From the NCBI RefSeq assembly GCF_011745625.1, contig NW_027191484.1, forward strand, positions 1 to 64,000: DNA of 64,000 nt, given 5' to 3'. The notes beneath the pieces are model-generated. The model was not told the origin of the DNA, searched no databases, and saw nothing but the letters and a program-made list of their open reading frames with translations. Source of the stretch: Cladosporium halotolerans (taxonomy: Eukaryota). Of the stretch, positions 49,929 through 61,834 are shown piece after piece (position 1 is the first letter of the stretch; every line of letters starts with the position of its first letter). A program made the position numbers and the translations under genes.

Positions 49929-51050
49929 TCATCTCGTCTTATCCATCGCCTCGTAATATCCCTCCATGCGCCACCGCCAACTCCTCAAGTAAGGCGCTAG
50001 TTCCGCATCCTCCGGCGCCCACCATTTCTCGTGTAAGCTCGCGACGCCGCCCTTCAGATCCGCCATTGTCGGGTAGTGCAGGTTCCACGTCGGCTCAAGC
50101 TGCGTCCATGGCATATTGCCGCCCTCGTTCTCGCGGCGGTGCGCGTAGTTGAGCAGGTTCTGCTCCGGGAACTTGGGCGGGAAGCGATCCGGGAGCTGCA
50201 TCAGCGCCAGGTAGTAGGCCAGGATCTCGCGCGAGGGCTGCATGACGAAGAAGCCTGCGTTGAGATAGTTGATGTTGGGGTAGTCCTGCTGCGCGTCCGA
50301 GGGCGGGTAGTGGTGCTCGTGGTTCATCTCGGGCTGGCCGGCGAAGACGTAGGAGGCGGGCAGAGCGGGCTCGTCGGCTTTGAGCTTGTCGGGGCGGTCG
50401 AGGGTCGTGTGCGAGGCGACGGCCGGGTCACTGAAGATTTCGGTCAAGGGGCGGTTGAGGATCGTGTCGCCGTCCAGGAAGCAGATGCGCTCGAACTGCG
50501 TGAGTTCCCAGAGGCGCAGCTTGTCGAAGACTTCGGCCCAGTTTGACGCACCGGCTTCGATCCAGTCGGGTTTTTGTACAGTTTCCACGGAGAGGACGAT
50601 CGCGCCGTCGCGGCGGAGGCGGTCGCGCTTGGCTTGCGAGACGCCTCTGGTCGCTAGGACGATGAATGGGATGCCGTCGCTTCGAGTCTCAGGCGCGTGC
50701 AAGATCTGGTAGCCCAGGAGGCGGGTCGCGACGAAGTAGTCGTCGTGGATGTTGTCTGGGTCGTCGGGATGTGACGCATCGGAGGCGAGGAGCGTAGCGA
50801 AGGCGTACTTCGATTTCGTGTTGTGGAGTGTCGCCTCATGATGAAATGCGGACTCTGTGAAGCCTTTCGTTGTTTCTGATACATTCTTCACCAGTTCCTC
50901 CCTCTGTTGGTTGTAGGCATTAGGCAGTGGAGTCCAGAAGAGAAATGCGAATATTGCCAGCGCTGCGAGCGCATAGTATATGCTTCTGAAGTTCCGTCGT
51001 CCAGGTCCCTTACCGGAGGGTGATATGCTGCGCAGGTATGGAGGCGACAT
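49929..51050 (-). CDS. Glycosyltransferase family 8, type II membrane protein
   Basis: N-terminal TM; KLRLWELTQFERICFLDGD (DxD), YLNAGFFV, EQNLLNY, LHEKWW. Confidence 0.9.
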   Translation of the reverse strand: MSPPYLRSISPSGKGPGRRNFRSIYYALAALAIFAFLFWTPLPNAYNQQREELVKNVSETTKGFTESAFHHEATLHNTKSKYAFATLLASDASHPDDPDNIHDDYFVATRLLGYQILHAPETRSDGIPFIVLATRGVSQAKRDRLRRDGAIVLSVETVQKPDWIEAGASNWAEVFDKLRLWELTQFERICFLDGDTILNRPLTEIFSDPAVASHTTLDRPDKLKADEPALPASYVFAGQPEMNHEHHYPPSDAQQDYPNINYLNAGFFVMQPSREILAYYLALMQLPDRFPPKFPEQNLLNYAHRRENEGGNMPWTQLEPTWNLHYPTMADLKGGVASLHEKWWAPEDAELAPYLRSWRWRMEGYYEAMDKTR

Positions 51051-52552
51051 CTTCCAGCGATGCCCTGATTGTGTCGCTGTCCTGATGCGTTCCACACTTG
51101 ATGGTGGTACAGTATTCGAACGAACGTTTCTTCAGAGGTTGTATAACGCGGACCTGAAGATGTTGAGTGGGGCAGTATTAAATGAGCGTTGAGCTTGGTG
51201 GAGGGCAAGGACCAAGTCAATATTGGAAAGGACGTGAACCAAGGGGACCTACGGTCACACTGGCGCTGAGCCAGGCATTATACATGACGAGCAAAGCGCC
51301 CGCGGCGCCTCGCGACGGTATGCAAGGTGCCGCAAGACGCCGCCGCGAGCAAAATGGCGAACATGCCAGGGCTGGACCTTCGTGTTCGATCTGCGCTGTG
51401 GTAAGAGAGAAAAGGGCCGGCGAGGTGCAAATCTGGACCGGAAAATCAAGGTTCGCCCCATCTCACACGCAAGGGGCTCCACGTATCCGTCGCCCCCGCT
51501 AACAGAACGGCTGAGAAGATAGTGGCTGGCTGCGTGAAGACTGGTGAGTTGCCAAATCGTGGCTGCCCGTACCACTTGCTTATTGTCCGCAAGTGGTTTG
51601 GTATGCGATGTGTGGCAGTGGCGTGACTGGCGAATTTAACCGTGGTAGTCTTGCGAACACGAGGTTGCACTGGTGACTGTAAGCTTATCATCAGGAAGAG
51701 ACGCTCGGTCCTGCCGCGCTGTCAGCGAACGAGATGGATGATCAGCCCAAGGATCCTTCATCGCAGCCTTCAGCAAAATGGCAGAGATTGTAAGCATCTT
51801 GTTGCGGAGTCGGTGAGGTTCATTCATCAAGTGGCGTTGCGCGGTGGGGAAAACGCAGATCACCAAAACGTGGTGTTCTCGGTCATGCCACCACGGTTCA
51901 CCTCATGCCCGTAAATGAAAGATCCAGTGCCGCATCGTCGTCAACACTTGAGAGTCTGTGGTCTTAGTCCACAGTATTGTGATTCGATCGTGCGGATGTA
52001 GGTGTATTGTCATGTCATCGTCAGAAGATGATCACATCACTCACCTTCGCTTGTGGTGCTTTGTGGAAATCCTCACACGACCGGCATGTCTTCTGCGATG
52101 CTTGAACTGTCTCACATCCCCATAAACGTACATCCACACCATCGTCCGCGTGAGCTACTGTATAGAAATGACGGAAGTCGGGAGCCAATTGATCTCCAGA
52201 TCGTCACACCCATGTGCAAAATGTTCTTGAGCTTCTTTAAAGGCCGATGGGAATGCATTTGTCAGTGTTTCCCATTGGCTCTCGAGCGACAATCACCGCG
52301 GCTCCTTGGTGGAATTGCACTGTGGATGCCTTCGTGCCCGGACACGAGTCGCTTTCGGTTGGCGAAATTAGACTCCCTAACGACATCTTGGCCCACCCAC
52401 TTTGCCGGGCACCGAACCCACGTTGTCTTCCGAACGTCTTCGATGTTCTTTTGGTATTTTTGACACTGGGTTTGGTCCTCGTGTCGTGACAGCATCTAGC
52501 TTGGAAAGGCGAAAGTTTGACTGACACGGTCGGATCTCTCCGGAGCGCCACC

Positions 52553-52562
52553 CTATTTTTAG
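52553..52562. promoter_or_regulatory. Rlm1/RlmA (MEF2-type) box CTATTTTTAG
   Basis: Perfect CTA(W)4TAG about 920 bp upstream of the Crh ATG. Confidence 0.55.
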
Positions 52563-53479
52563 CACCACAGATGCCTTGACATCTTGCCGCAAGACACCAT
52601 TTGCCGCGGCGGCAGAACGTGACTAGATCCTTGGGCTCAGAGGACTCTTGAACGGTCTCTCGCAAGCGTCTGAGGGCAGGTACTTGGGCGCCCAAGACGC
52701 TCGGCAGCGTTAGAGTGGACATGCGCCGACTGCCGTCTGCACCCCTGGAGCCCTTGCTGGTCGTCACGTCTCACATCGACCTCACCTCTACCAATCCAGC
52801 GCCTTTCAGCGCCTGTCACGTAGCATGCCTGGTTACAAAGGGTGACACATGCATATCCTGATACTTCACACATGGACCGTCGTCATCCGCCACGCAAACG
52901 AGAGCATTCCACTGGTCTCCACGGGGCAACCGTGCGACGCGGACAGCAGAGCACCGCCTCCTTGAGATTTCGACTAGGCGAAGCTCACCGGTCCCAAACG
53001 ATCCGAGTGGCCGCGGTATAGGCGGCCAAGTGACACGGTTGGCGACACCACTGCTCCGCTCGCGATGTTTAGTGGTTTGTCCGCCCCAGATTGGTTCATA
53101 GACGGACCGTGTTCCTGCGTTAGCCCCTCGTCTAACACCAATACCCTACCCTCGAAACACATGGCTCAGCCTTAAGACCTCGTGAATGGGTGACGGTGCC
53201 GACTTCGTATCCTCAGGGCAAGATCTATCCGAGTCGTTTCCATGTGATCCGTGCTTGCCACATCCACGCTACGCATTCCGTTTGCGAAGCGGTTGCTCTG
53301 GTATATGACCCAGTGACTGCGTGCCCTGATCCTCACGCTTCCACATTCTCCGTTGTCTCTTTGCTTCTCACCTGACCATCCCTACGCTTTCCTCTCCGGC
53401 GATTTCTCCTTGACACTTTCCTTTACAACCCATTCACCCAAGTCTATCTTTGACCAGCAACTCATCACTTCAATTCAAC

Positions 53480-54808
53480 ATGCGATTCTCTCGCGCAACG
53501 GCTGCAGCCGCATTTGCAGCGCTGCCAGCTACCCTTGCCCAAACCTTTACCGACTGCAACCCACTGGAGAAAACTTGCCCAAAGAACGATGGCCTAACCT
53601 CAGCAACCTTCGAGACCGACTTCGCCAAAGACCCGAAAAAGGATAGCTGGAGCAAGGCTGCATGGACGCAAATGACCTACAATGACCAGGGCGCTCAGTT
53701 CGAGATCGCCAAAAAGGGCCAGGCTCCGACCATCGAGACCGACTTTTACTTCTTCTTTGGTCGCGTCGATGTCACCATGAAGCCCGCGCCCGGACAGGGT
53801 ATCATCAGCTCCATCGTTCTTGAGAGCGATGACCTCGATGAGATTGATTGGGAATTTCTTGGTGGCGTGGACAGCAAAGTGCAGACCAACTTCTTCGGCA
53901 AGGGCAACACAACCTCGTACGACCGCATGATTGAGTACGATGTCGCTGCTGCCCAGGAAACCTTCCATACCTACTCCCTTGACTGGACGTCTGAAAGACT
54001 TCAGTGGATCATCGATGGTACTGTCGTGCGAGAACTCAAGTACACTGACCCTGTTGCTCTTGGCGGCAAGGTAAGAGCGAACCATAATGAAGAAGTCAAT
54101 ATACATAATACTAACCATCAACAGACCTACCCTCAAACGCCCATGCGCCTGAAGCTCGGCAACTGGGCCGGCGGCGCTGAAGGCAATGCTGAAGGCACCA
54201 TCCAGTGGGCGGGTGGTCTGACCGACTTTACCAAGGCTCCTTTCAATATGTACGTCAAGGAGGTCAGCATCATGAACGCCAACCCGGCCGACAGCTACGA
54301 ATACGGGGATAAGACCGGCAGCTGGCAGAGCATCAAGATCAACAAGGACGGTTCCTCGTCAGACGCGAACGGTGGAAGCTCCGACTCCGCCAGCACCTCT
54401 TCTCTTTCCAACAAGGGCCTCTCCAGCTCCACCGTCACCTCATCTACTGCTTCCGAGACCGAGAGCAGCTCCAACGGTAACGTTGAGGGTATCGACAAGC
54501 ACACCGAAGCCGCCAACAGCGTGACTCAGACCGGCTCGATGTACAGCACCAACACAGCCTCGGCTTCGGCCCTAAACTCTGAGATCGGCGCCTCGACCAT
54601 GAACACCGTCGTTAGCGCCAGCACCCAGGTACCAGGCTCTGTGCCTACCGGCTACAGCAACGGCACTTGGAACTCATCTTCCCACAACGGCTCTGCCACC
54701 AGCGGTGCGTCGGCTGCTGAGCAGACTACCAGCGGCAGTGCTTCGCTCCAGAGCGGCTTGAGCATTGCCTTGGTAGCTGGCCTTGCCTTTGGTGTCTCTC
54801 TGCTTTAA
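53480..54808 (+). CDS. crh: GH16 Crh-family chitin-glucan transglycosylase, GPI-anchored
   Basis: Signal peptide, QTFTDCNPL, catalytic DEIDWE, Ser/Thr-rich tail and hydrophobic GPI signal; intron 54071-54124. Confidence 0.95.
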   Translation: MRFSRATAAAAFAALPATLAQTFTDCNPLEKTCPKNDGLTSATFETDFAKDPKKDSWSKAAWTQMTYNDQGAQFEIAKKGQAPTIETDFYFFFGRVDVTMKPAPGQGIISSIVLESDDLDEIDWEFLGGVDSKVQTNFFGKGNTTSYDRMIEYDVAAAQETFHTYSLDWTSERLQWIIDGTVVRELKYTDPVALGGKVRANHNEEVNIHNTNHQQTYPQTPMRLKLGNWAGGAEGNAEGTIQWAGGLTDFTKAPFNMYVKEVSIMNANPADSYEYGDKTGSWQSIKINKDGSSSDANGGSSDSASTSSLSNKGLSSSTVTSSTASETESSSNGNVEGIDKHTEAANSVTQTGSMYSTNTASASALNSEIGASTMNTVVSASTQVPGSVPTGYSNGTWNSSSHNGSATSGASAAEQTTSGSASLQSGLSIALVAGLAFGVSLL

Positions 54809-55938
54809 GAAGCAAAGTTTGATTAAGAGTGAGAACGATACGGTATACCCAGTGAGCACGGATCTTATTTCATATTTCGATTCTTGCTGCATTCATTGGA
54901 CGATAATAATTTGTTTCGGTTTTTGCTTTCTGTCAGGGCAAAACGGTTGACCTGAGATCATCTTATCAAACCATTGGAAGTCGTACATAGACACCGAATG
55001 CCCTGAGGCTCTTTCACATTGCAACAAGCCCCCGTCCACACGTCACCTTCAATCTCAATCCCCTCTCAAGAGATCCGCTCCATCATTGAATCCAACCAAA
55101 CCACTGATTCACATCTATATTCGAACAGCAAGCAACGGCCCACCCGCAACAGCCACCACCCCGTTCAGAACCACCCCAGCCGTGACCCTGGGCCCCGCTC
55201 ACTCACTCGTCCTGCTCACCCCTGCGCCCGCAACATTCTTTGTCTGGTCGGGCGTGGCGCGTGGACTCAAGGAAGATTACATCCTCAAGGCTACGAAAGG
55301 AAGACCTGTCTCATCCAAAGGGAGTTATCCATCGCCATGACCTGTCTGTCAACAATTATGTAGCCATTGGATCAAGATTCTGATGGTAGAGTGATGTCAA
55401 GCTCGCGTGCGTGCTTAGCGTTTGATCAACCGAATGCAAAATCACGCTTGGACGTTGTGTTGTTTCTGGAAACGCTCAATTACAGAAAGGGTAGTCGTTG
55501 CGCGACAGGTATTTTAAACCAGGTTTGGCAATGTTCGAATTGATAGCATGTTGTAGGCGCCCCGAAATCTATTCTTTGATCAAACAGGACGTATCAACTG
55601 CGAGTCAAGCGGTCGTTGTGGTTACGAGCTCCGCCATTGGCTGTCCAAGGGTGTTGGCACAATGGTGTTGAAATGAAGTTTCTGGGCTGAGCGTAGGGGT
55701 TTTGGACGACGTGAGAGCTGAGGTGAATCATTCTCGATCGATGAAGTGCAGATACTGAGGTGCTTATACTCGCGGGATTACTGAAATGTAGGCGGAAGGT
55801 CGAGCCGAAGAACCGAATCGACCCTCTCACGCTGGTGGGGAAATGTGGGTACCTGGACAGAAGGTAGAGCATCGTATGATAGATAAAAGTAAACCATCTC
55901 CATGATTCAAGCATAGTATTCTTCGTACACTTACCACT

Positions 55939-57537
55939 ATGTCAAGAGCCAACACTGTCTTGGAGACGCCATTGACATCGCTGGATCATGTCGAGTTGAC
56001 GCCTCTACCACCCCTCAATGCTGCTCAAGAAAGCGAGACGCCAACCGTTACTCAGAACAAGGATAGCCTCAAGCGTGATTGGAGACTGCTGTTCAGATTC
56101 ATAAGCTGCGGCGTCTCCTTCTTCGTCGCCGGCGTCAACGACGGTAGCCTGGGCGCCCTTCTCCCATACGTGATCCGAAGCTATGGTCTCACAACCGCTA
56201 TCGCCTCCAGCGTGTAAACCGTTCCCATCCCGATAATTAAATCCGATCCTCGACTGACTAAATCACCCAGCTACGCCGCCAACTTCCTCGGCTGGCTCAC
56301 CTCCGCTCTAGTCAACACGCACCTCAGCCAACACCTCGACCTCGGCGCCCTCCTCGCCCTCGGCGCAGCCCTCCAAATCGCCGCTCAAGCCCTGCGCGCC
56401 TGGACGACGCCCTTCCCGCTCTTCGTGGCGACCTTCTGGCTCACGAGCGTCGGGCAGGCGTTCCAAGATACGCATGCGAACAGCTACGTCGCCGGCGCCA
56501 GCAAAGGCGCGCACAATCTGTTAGGCTTCATCCACGCTTGCTACATGGCTGGGTGCCTGCTGGCGCCGTTCGCGGCGTCGCCTGTTGCGGCGGCGAGAGA
56601 GCCTTCGGTGTGGTATCTGTCCTATGCAGTTTCTGCTGGGCTTGGGGTGGTGAACTTGCTTATGTGCGTGGTTGCTTTTCGGGATTCGGTGGGGATGAAG
56701 AGCAGTGGGCCGCGATCTGCTGGAGACGATGCGTCGATGTCAGAGGATGAGCCTAGACGACAAGCAGCGACACGACTGCTTCAAAAGACGCTGAAGCAGA
56801 GCAGTCTGTGGTATATCAGCGTTTTCTTCTTCTTTTACCTGGGAATGACATTGACCGCTAGCGGCTGGGTCGTCGAGTATTTGGTGGATGTGCGAGACGG
56901 GGACCTTGATCGTGTCTCGTACGTTCCGGCGGGTTTCAGCGGAGGTATGTCTCTCTTCTTAGATTGAAAATTGAAGTTGTGAGCTGACACTTCACAGGCT
57001 GCTTGCTCGGAAGGCTGCTATTACCCGAGCCAACGCATCGATACGGCGAGCGCTTGATGGGCACCATCTATCTTGTGATCTGCCTGGGCGTTCAGTTAGT
57101 CTTCTGGTTGTAAGTGATCGACGATCCCAATGGCCGAGTACTGGGACTCATCTGAGAAGCAGGGTACCAAATATCATCGCTGCATCGATTGCCATCAGCG
57201 TATTCGGTTTCTTTTCTGGCCCATTATTCGCCGCCGTGAGATTCGTCCCGGCTGACTGGCCCCGGTTGTTCGTGAGCTGACACTTAGACTCCAGGCGATG
57301 TCCGTGGGCTCCAGATTGTTCCCTTCGGAGACGAGATCGACCGCACTCGCTTTGGTATTTGTCTTTGCGCAAATGGGCGGATCACTATTTCCCATCGTCA
57401 CTGGCCTGCTGTCTACCTCGGTCGGAGTGTGGGTCCTGCAGCCTATGCTGGTTTCTTTGATCGCAGTCACGATCGTTACATGGTTCATCATTCCGAAACC
57501 CAAGGACTCGCAGAACGACGAGCTGCACCAAGAGTAA
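55939..57537 (+). CDS. MFS transporter
   Basis: GVNDGSLGALLPY, GQAFQDTHANSYV, GWVVEYL and multiple TMs; four introns (about 56213-56270, 56945-56997, 57110-57162, 57236-57294). Confidence 0.9.
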
Positions 57538-57632
57538 ATCGGCGCGAAGATTAGAATGCATTATCATTGAAACATTAAGGTATCATTACGAAAATTATCC
57601 CCTTCACACAAGCAAGCCATGTCGCTTTCCAC

Positions 57633-59078
57633 TCACTTGCCAACAGTCTGCCCCGTCGTGTTCATCGTGTAAATACTCAGCACGTCCGTCGAATTCTGAT
57701 AATCAACACCGCACACCTCGCTGAACTCGCCCACAACGCCCGCGCGCTCCCTCACATACCCCTGGATCTTCTCGCGCGAGCAGCTCTCCTGCGGCCCGTC
57801 GTAGCAGTCCGGCAGCGTCAGCGGGACCCGGTTGACCAGCACGCGGTAGTAATCGGTATCCGCATCAGACCCATTCGGGTACCCGTACGCCTCGGCGCAG
57901 TCCATGCGCTCGATGGCGATGTTGCCGAGGAACGGCAAGATGCGCGAGCTGCGCCACTGGCGGGCGTAGTTGACGCGGTCGAGCGGCATGGAGCCGTTGA
58001 CGTCGTTGGCGCCCGTCAGCGCGGAGTTGTTGTAGAGGCCCATGGCGACGAGGACCATGGGCGGGAGTTCGCGGTGCGTGAAGGAGACGTAGAGGTCTTC
58101 GTCGGAGTCCGTGCGGTCGGCGGTCAGGAGGTTGATGGTGCTGTTGAACCAGGGGAAGCCGTTCGCGCCGGAGTATTGCGCGCCGTAGCCGCTGTTGTAG
58201 TGGTACATGAGGTCTTGGCCGTATTCGAATTGAAGCCATTCGTCGGGGCGGAAGAGGGTCTCGGAGCAGAAGGGCGAGGAGCCGCGGACGACGGTGTCGT
58301 AGCCGCACCATTGGAACTGTGGATGGTGGTTAGGATGGATTCTGCGATGGGCTGTCTGTCGACATCAACTTACCATGCCAACCACATCGGAAGCGGTCCA
58401 GTTGAACTCGGGAGCCAAGTGCTGCAGACGGGCAATGATCGGCTTGGTGTACTTCTTGACATATTCGCTGCTCTGTTCCGAGCCGATAGAACCAGAGTAG
58501 GCCGGGCAGGCCTTGTAAGGCGTGAGAGAGTCGGCACCTGATTCTGCGCCCTCATAGATCTGAACGACATTGATTTCATCCTCCTCGAGCTCGATGGCCC
58601 GGACGAAGCTCTGCGCGCTGATGACTGTCCGCTCAGCTGTGCTGGTCCAGACGTTCTTCGGCTGCTTCAAGTTGTCGTAGCGGTAAGAGAGCTGCACACC
58701 GAGATGAGCAGCCTCCAGCTTGCCGGTACGGGTCAACTTGGACTCTTCTTCGATCTTAGGCGGAGACCAGTCGCTCAGGAAGCTGAGCTCGGGAATGACA
58801 TCCCACTTGACGGAGGTGTTCGAGAGCTTCTGAGTGAAAGGCTCCAGGTATGTCTCATAGTCGAAGCTGTTGGCGTTGATGGCGGCATGGCGGACCAGGT
58901 ATGCAGCCTGGGTCACAGAGCATCCCTGAGGAGGGGCGGGATCTCTAGGAGGATCGGAGGGCTCGTAGTAGGGTGCAATGCCAGCGAGATGCTCAAGCGG
59001 GTTGAAAGAGTATTCGGAGTAGAGCGGGCGCTGCTGCCACGCATACGCCGCAGGGAGCAAAGCAAGGTAAGAAAGCAT
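57633..59078 (-). CDS. Secreted histidine acid phosphatase / phytase-like
   Basis: Signal peptide; LVRHAAIN, STAERT and SFTHRE motifs; intron about 58317-58373. Confidence 0.9.
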
Positions 59079-59794
59079 CTCCAACACTGTCACACAACTG
59101 TGGCTTGAGAAGAATAGGTCAAGCCACAACGGAGGAAGGGATTCGAGGAAATATAGAAGACCTACTCATTGACCTACAGCGCACGCGATTCAGAAATCTC
59201 GCCTTGCGGCGTCATGTCGACGATATTTGTCTGAGCGCCGGCATCCATATCCGAGCAGATGTCGACTATAAGCATCGAAATCATCACGATGGCCAGCGGT
59301 CAAGTACAAAATCTTGGAAGTCGCCTGGAAAAAGCGGATCCGATTGGGGAGCTGAGACCAAGAGACGTCATTCGCGTTCTGTGATCCATGAAGGATCAGC
59401 CCTAAACCGGAGATTTGACACCTGTGTGGAGATCAGGACGCGCGTGTAACCTTATTGTTGGCTGTCATATCTCAGAGTCTAATGAAGACAGGCGATCATT
59501 CGATGGTTCCATCTATCCGCATCACCTGCGTACTTTTGCCAACAACGCACCATGCATGCCAGCGTGCCTGATTCGACACCGCGACTTCCATGCTCCGATC
59601 GCTGCCGGTCGACAGACTGCAACAAGGTAGCCTTGTCATCAAGACTGTTGACCATTTCCTTCTGATCTTCCAGATTAAGCATTTCAGGTTTGACCTGCGG
59701 CAAGCAGGACTCGTCTCCGTAGATCATTCGGCCATATCACCGCTCTGCACGACGTCAGCCCTACTGCCCAATACAATCCATTGCATTGCCATTC

Positions 59795-60265
59795 CTACTC
59801 ACCTGAATTAACCTTCACCCCAGCCATCACAAACAACCCCAAACAACACCCCGCCCCAACCGCAAACAGCCCCGTCCTCAACCCCGCCAACCGCACCGTA
59901 TCCCCCAGCACAAACACCGGCACATACACCACCCGCGTGATAACATACCCCCCCGCCAGCACATTCAGCCACCCCGTCTCCAACCCCGCCGCATTCCCCG
60001 CGACGACAGCAGCAGCAAAGAGCCCGACGTTCTCCGTGCCGTTCAGACTCGCGCTCTCGGCGCGGACGATCCGGTCGCGGATGAGCGGCGGCAGCGTCCT
60101 GTCGGCCGCGACGAGGCCTTTGAAGGAGCGGGGGTCTTTGCGCACGCTCGCGAGGTTCCGAGCGCGGGAGTGAGTCGTGTAGGCCAGGATGGAGTAGGCG
60201 CGGGGGAGGAGCGCGAGGAGCCAGGCGAGCGGGACGAGGTGGAGGGAGTAGTTTGTGGGCGCCAT
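59795..60265 (-). CDS. MAPEG family membrane protein
   Basis: NYSLHLVPLAWLL, RAESASLNGTENVGLFAAAVVAGN and RVVYVPVF. A GTGAGT near the stop could alter the extreme C-terminus. Confidence 0.82.
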   Translation of the reverse strand: MAPTNYSLHLVPLAWLLALLPRAYSILAYTTHSRARNLASVRKDPRSFKGLVAADRTLPPLIRDRIVRAESASLNGTENVGLFAAAVVAGNAAGLETGWLNVLAGGYVITRVVYVPVFVLGDTVRLAGLRTGLFAVGAGCCLGLFVMAGVKVNSGE

Positions 60266-61110
60266 GGCGGTGAGTCCTGCGAGCCGTGTCGCGTCGCGCG
60301 TGCGTGCGGCGAGAGTGTGCGCGTGAGCTCGCGTCCATCCATACCTTATACAGGCGGAAACCTCGCAGGGGCAACACATGCGCATAACGTTACATAACGT
60401 TTGCTGGCGCCACGCTTCGCGCCCCAGGGCCTCAGCAGCCCATCAAGTGGTCAGCATTCAGCAGCTCGCTCGGCCCGTATAACGCACGCAGGCATCGCGC
60501 GAGCCAGACACCCTCGCGCGCGACCCTTGGTCTTGTGATCTTGATGTAAAATCCCCGAGGGGTTACCGTGCTCGCGCGTTATGTCAGCAGCCACGGTATG
60601 CGCTGCGCTGCGGCCGCTGCGGCGTTGACGAGTCTTGGCGAGGACGTCGTCCGACTCGTTGGTGGCGTGCGAACCTCGGATCCTGAGGTGTCACGCCACG
60701 CGCGAGGCGGAGAGGCGGTCAGTCAAGGTGGCTAAGGCGGAGTAGAGACTCGTCGGGGTAGGTGGTGCTGGAGACTTTTCTATTGCAGCTGTTACAAGTG
60801 TGAGGTGAGGCAATGATGGGTTTGGCTGTGAGATTTGTGCACATAAGTTTTGATACCAATGGCTAGATACAGCTTTGGGAGAGAGATAATTACGAGATAC
60901 GAGAACAAAAGTCGTTCGCTAACGCTGGCGAGCCGCCGGTGCGATAGAAGAAGAAAAGTAAAAGAAAGAGGAAAGAGAAAACTCCGACTCCGGCTCCATT
61001 CTATACATGAAGGAGTCGCACGCAGCAGCTCCATCAAGTCGTCTCTGGGCGTTTTTGATTGTATTAGGTCGGAAATCATGAGCATGCGGGCTTTTCACGG
61101 CTCAGCGCGT

Positions 61111-61834
61111 TCATGCAGCCTTGTTGGGGTTGACCCAGGGCTCGGCGGGCGGCGGGGTGAGGGTGGAGTTCGGGGTGAAGACGCCGTTGTTGACGAGCCA
61201 GGCGGCAGTGTTGAACTCGGAGAAGAGGGTCTTGATGCGCCAGCCGAAGCTGTTCTCCTCGTCGGGGATGGTCTCGAGGATGGCGGTGCCGATGACGGGC
61301 TGAGAAGATGATTAATTGGAGTTCGTAACTATGACTGATTTAAAGTCAACTTACGATGACAGCCTGCTCGTTGGGCTGGCCGTTGCCGGAGCGGACGGTC
61401 TTCCAGCGGACGGAGGTGGAGTTGCAGCCGTGGAAGACGTTGAGGGTCTCGAAGGGGATGTTGGGCTGCTTGCCGTGGTTGGCGCTGAACTCCTCGCGGC
61501 TCTTGAAGGTGATGGCGTCGACGGGGAACGGGGCCTCGCCGCCGCGGTTGCGGATGATGTTGACGGCGGAGCTGTAGTCCTCGAAGTCCACGGTCAGGGC
61601 CTCCTCGGTCAGCTCAAGGGTGTAGCCCTGGATGAGTTGCTGGAAGACGCTGGCGACCTCGGCCGCGTCCTCGTCGCTCAGGCACTGGTCGCCCTTGCCG
61701 TGGCCGTAGCCCTTCTTCCTGTGCCAGGCACCGGGACGTCCCCAGCCCCAAGCACCCTTCCTGCCAGGGGCGGGGGCGGCCATGGCCGTGGAGACGAGGG
61801 CCGTTGCAACGGCGACAATGGCAACAGCGCGCAT
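61111..61834 (-). CDS. Small secreted protein, NTF2-like fold (tentative)
   Basis: Signal peptide; intron about 61300-61353; LTVDFEDYS, RWK and SEFNTAAWL; TGA at 61111. Confidence 0.78.

Noticed and set aside
55019..55914. Short ORFs between Crh and the MFS gene
   Set aside because: No recognisable motifs or consistent splice pattern.
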